Virus record (IMG/VR): IMGVR_UViG_3300014202_000592
Location: 1-28,649 of that record
DNA length: 28,649 bases
Direction: 5' to 3' (one strand)
Source of the DNA: a virus
Taxonomy: Duplodnaviria > Caudoviricetes
Positions 26,401-28,649 of the stretch are shown one piece after another. Both the position numbers and the translations under genes were made by a program. The notes under the pieces were generated by a model. It saw only the letters and a program-made list of their open reading frames with translations, did no database searches and was not told the origin of the DNA. Positions within the stretch are counted from its first letter, which is position 1. Every line of letters starts with the position of its first letter.

Positions 26401-28642
26401 TGCGAAGAATGCCAAGGTTATTCAACCCAACAAATACATCGGTTGTACGCGCAACGCCATCAATACTCACATCATCCTGATTTTCTTTCTGTACAAAGAT
26501 GTTCATGAAATCGTCAGCGCCCTTTACTCCAAGACACATATCGTTAACTCGGTCATGGCCAGCGGATAGCGATAGCATTGAGTAAATCTCTAGCGGACTA
26601 TTTGTTATTGGCGTGGCTGTCAGCATGAGCACGCCGTCCTTTAGTGGCGATTTGCCGCGTATGTACCATGCTTTTGCCTGGGCGTCTATGCCTCGTTTAG
26701 ATACCGAAGAAAGAGACAGGAATTTGGCGCTCTTGAAATCAATTGTCTCGGATGAGTTTTTAAAACAATTGTGTACTAGGATTCCTTCTGCGAAGAAATT
26801 GTGATTATCTTTGACTGTAATATCGTAGACATAACCGTCTGAACACACCCCTCCAAATCTTCCATCACCTGTTTGTTCGAGAACCTCAACACTTTCCACC
26901 CCAACGATTCCAGAAAGTTGTCTTTCTTCGCATCCATAGCCTTTACTTTCCTGCTTAGATGACTCATTCCATCCACCTCTATCGCTATCATCAAATTCTG
27001 ATTTGCCAAATCCAGCTTGTAGTGAGTAGGTATCCCGTTCCCTTTGGGAACTCTCGTTTTTACAATGAATTCCATCGACCAGTTTAACGCTTGCGCCAAC
27101 ATAGCTTGCGGAACTGTCGCACCCTTTCCGTTGCCTCCCCTGTTCTTGATCTTTACCCCTTTCTGAACGCCACTCTTCAATCGTTTTAATCTGTTCTTCT
27201 CTACAGCCTCGGGAGTTTGCAGCCAATTGTGTTGCATTAAAGCCTCTCGGTGCTTGGCCTTTTTCGATTCGCTTCTCAATGACATTTTCATGGACTCCGA
27301 ATTCTTGTGCCTCCATTTCGTGGAGCAAGACCTCCCGCAAAAAAATTGACTTGCCTTCCCGGTTACATATTTCCAATTCTGCACGTGATTCAGCTCGAAC
27401 TCCGCTCCGCATTCCACGCAATTCTTGTAGATTGGAACTTTCTTTATCTTGGAAGCATAGCTGCACTTGCTTGAGCAATAAATTTTGCCCCCCTTTTTTA
27501 TGCTCTTTTGATGGTGCCTCGCTGCCGTGAATTCTTGTTTGCATTGGTCGCACGTCACTACCGGACGCGACTTTTCTGAACATTTCCACATCCTCTTCGA
27601 CGAACAAGAGGTGCTGCAAAACACATCCACTCCCGGATTTCTGGCCAACTTCCTTGTTTGATAATAACTCGGGACGAATTTTATTCCGCAATTGCTGCAA
27701 TTCATTTCCATCTGCTGTTTTTGAATAATTGAAATACACATTATACTCATTATTCAAAAACTCTGCTTTTATATAGCCTACATTGGGGACAAAAAACGGA
27801 TGATCGTGTGTTGAAACAATGCTTTGTCCATTTGATAGGTTAACCCTTACCAATTTCGACGGCCTTCTGCGCATCACATCTGTAACTGTCTTATACTCTA
27901 TCTCTCCACTACGATGGTTAACCGATCTTACCTTGTCCCCAATTTTTAGATTTTCTATAGGAATTCCATCAACCAGAGTCCCGGCAGGAAAACAATGCCC
28001 TTCATCAATGACAATGCTATCCACGCCCATATCCTCAAGATACGGCGCGCTACCGGTCTTTGATGACAATATTGCGAGCAAGCCTGATTGTTTTCCTTTT
28101 GCCCTTTCATCAGCAGCCTTATCTTCTTTTTCTGAGAAACTACTATCCACGCTCCTCAGATAAGACTCGTAATCAGCAATTGTTCCATCCCGCAAGCGGA
28201 TGCGCTCAAAAGCCTCCATCGTCATGAAAATTTTGCTGTGGCGGTTTTCCATCACGGAGGTTAAATCAGCATCAAAATTAGAAGACTTTACGGTCGCGTC
28301 TCCATTCTTGTTTTCACGCAAACCAATAAAAAGAGTTCCATCCATGCTTGCGTATGCGCGTGATGCTTCTTTACGCCAGTTCGATAATACGGAGTTTGGT
28401 ACAACAAAGAATGTTTTGGTCTTGACACCGATGCTTTGCACGTACTGAACTGCTGCGAGCGACTGAAACGTCTTCCCTAGTCCAACCCCGTGCCCATTTA
28501 TGCCGCCGAATTCACGACTCATGCGACGCACAAACGCATTCTGGTATCCGTGCAACTTGATAGCATCACCCATGCCAGGAATAACCAACCCGGCATCGTC
28601 ATCTACTTGCCTGAATCTAAGCTTATTCGGATCTGATGCCAT
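23483..28642 (-). CDS. SNF2/DarB-like SF2 helicase containing an intein; probably 5'-truncated by the window
   Basis: HGVGLGKT (I), VVPNS (Ia), DEGH (II), TATP (III), EVGINLQ (V), QRNGRGVRQGN (VI); frame is still open upstream to the window edge. Confidence 0.9.
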   Translation of the reverse strand: MASDPNKLRFRQVDDDAGLVIPGMGDAIKLHGYQNAFVRRMSREFGGINGHGVGLGKTFQSLAAVQYVQSIGVKTKTFFVVPNSVLSNWRKEASRAYASMDGTLFIGLRENKNGDATVKSSNFDADLTSVMENRHSKIFMTMEAFERIRLRDGTIADYESYLRSVDSSFSEKEDKAADERAKGKQSGLLAILSSKTGSAPYLEDMGVDSIVIDEGHCFPAGTLVDGIPIENLKIGDKVRSVNHRSGEIEYKTVTDVMRRRPSKLVRVNLSNGQSIVSTHDHPFFVPNVGYIKAEFLNNEYNVYFNYSKTADGNELQQLRNKIRPELLSNKEVGQKSGSGCVLQHLLFVEEDVEMFRKVASGSDVRPMQTRIHGSEAPSKEHKKGGQNLLLKQVQLCFQDKESSNLQELRGMRSGVRAESRAELEICNREGKSIFLREVLLHEMEAQEFGVHENVIEKRIEKGQAPRGFNATQLAANSRGCREEQIKTIEEWRSERGKDQEQGRQRKGCDSSASYVGASVKLVDGIHCKNESSQRERDTYSLQAGFGKSEFDDSDRGGWNESSKQESKGYGCEERQLSGIVGVESVEVLEQTGDGRFGGVCSDGYVYDITVKDNHNFFAEGILVHNCFKNSSETIDFKSAKFLSLSSVSKRGIDAQAKAWYIRGKSPLKDGVLMLTATPITNSPLEIYSMLSLSAGHDRVNDMCLGVKGADDFMNIFVQKENQDDVSIDGVARTTDVFVGLNNLGILRKAIGDVATIKTAEDVGEQIVVPNREEKQSHVALTNDIVDRLRLYKSAFRFAIDDISNKMPNRGDPEAFEAVSDHFGEPIDLIGHPFNLINKMTMLIADPELDNRATFYNFISPQADIAKSVVDQFNNKKFTEERQRPGPMTSGDAIVGKKIVKDSGGDAIELLKIHVQARINQDSRIVIDTIDPDTQTKFEDMAEKAGLDLDVSVPPKLAAMLENFQNEQVTPRGIDENGQVSSIVKQIIFCDILPLHNKIKRLLTKRAGVPSGAIAIITGKKNNSPDEILDVQDGFNANGEGNKYRTVIANEKAEVGINLQKGTQAIHHLTIGWTPDSLEQRNGRGVRQGNKTQRVSIYYYDADGTFDTTKRSMVNKKADWIGQVLGQDGGDSVAVTGGLSKEQMEALIDTVGDADAMTRLQETIAAKEAESRAATNRDKQMINIDTIRKQNKFLRENEDPANMVVSKLMGMWKLKNQALMLNERINSPIASQSAVLKNTALLAEINARIAGIREHVSRSATIELRHEAYSIDEMFAEINSSNRSRKESDVEEILRGKKYPAFSIGVKENSPAWNEWQVEVDMAKSMISESTQNFIRQSKESGSYPQKIVELISDGKGAVLDGKPIVDGTFARFQEGHLGVSYNNGRKAIAFNPGSNSILSASMVEFLKKSELIYPGTAEYEQCLIDAAKIEDDIANSGVVDNKFSEIVPEVAQRRKVEMLAEYSIYSYLLPQPYFPTVIGEEPTTPVMRKIVESQKEVIKSIDRSKFVVSSSLDVREKTSYYDQRKNLIEYAKAHKMKLTFSDLGGNSWTSAAIEKEVDFNSFSASLTGGAEQEIISNALAYVRNATEWIDYDGVGDQSTEYLPYSFRKAIGDAIKAIPKPDGADENVNSSVSLESSDDWVAMQSEYGFTKIVSVREFAEGIGEKAAWIGKAGPKHYDVETAKNKPNAPINTWVIKRTVYDALIKEYGDNAEKYSVRIVA
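26768..27994 (-). mobile_element. Intein (409 aa, ORF residues 217-625) inserted directly after DEGH
   Basis: Block A CFPAGTLV, block B STHDHPFF, block F YVYDITVKDNHNFFAEG, block G LVHN followed by +1 Cys; splicing restores DEGH-CFKNS. Confidence 0.93.
26776..27750 (-). CDS. Zinc-finger + DUF559/Vsr-like endonuclease nested in the +1 frame of the intein
   Basis: Three CxxC...(F/Y)CxxxC repeats; YKLDLA..IAIEVDGMSH..DAKKDNFLESLGWKVLRFSN; start could be ATG 27750, 27711 or 27705. Confidence 0.88.
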   Translation of the reverse strand: MSIMCISIIQKQQMEMNCSNCGIKFVPSYYQTRKLARNPGVDVFCSTSCSSKRMWKCSEKSRPVVTCDQCKQEFTAARHHQKSIKKGGKIYCSSKCSYASKIKKVPIYKNCVECGAEFELNHVQNWKYVTGKASQFFCGRSCSTKWRHKNSESMKMSLRSESKKAKHREALMQHNWLQTPEAVEKNRLKRLKSGVQKGVKIKNRGGNGKGATVPQAMLAQALNWSMEFIVKTRVPKGNGIPTHYKLDLANQNLMIAIEVDGMSHLSRKVKAMDAKKDNFLESLGWKVLRFSNKQVMEDLEGCVQTVMSTILQSKIITISSQKES

Positions 28643-28649
28643 GGCATCA

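Larger units (their letters stand above)
1..28649. mobile_element. Temperate tailed phage genome segment (early recombination arm, int/xis, attP, tail/baseplate arm)
   Basis: YqaJ/RecT/RdgC, xis-int, a tRNA-derived att core and a tail fibre with a P2 gpH-like N-terminus; no host housekeeping genes; two convergent arms meet at att. Confidence 0.95.

Noticed and set aside
13378-28448. Plus-strand ORFs under the late genes (e.g. 18390..18986, 22223..22648, 27819..28163)
   Set aside because: Antisense shadows without motifs, unlike the same-strand nested nuclease ORF, which has clear domain signatures

Overview
The whole window looks like a temperate tailed-phage genome segment, probably with a proteobacterial host (inference). 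It is in the excised attP configuration. The left arm (+ strand, 1-10665) is an early operon. It opens with a structured non-coding leader: a terminator, two GCCGG-GAAAGA-CCGG hairpins and a ~130-nt tRNA-like element. Then come YqaJ exonuclease, RecT, an SbcC/Rad50-like ABC ATPase split in two by a free-standing HNH endonuclease, RdgC, small hypotheticals, excisionase and a tyrosine integrase. At ~10670-10890 is attP, with a tRNA 3'-end core, IHF sites and arm-type repeats. The right arm (- strand, 10902-28649) holds late/virion genes (tail fibre, baseplate-like, beta-helix and repeat proteins) and a large SNF2/DarB-like helicase that probably starts beyond the window edge. The most striking finding is a 409-aa intein in helicase motif II. 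It has no in-frame endonuclease. Instead it carries a complete zinc-finger + DUF559/Vsr-like endonuclease gene nested in the +1 reading frame, overlapping the intein's own C-terminal splicing blocks. All protein family calls are by eye from motifs; no database searches were run.
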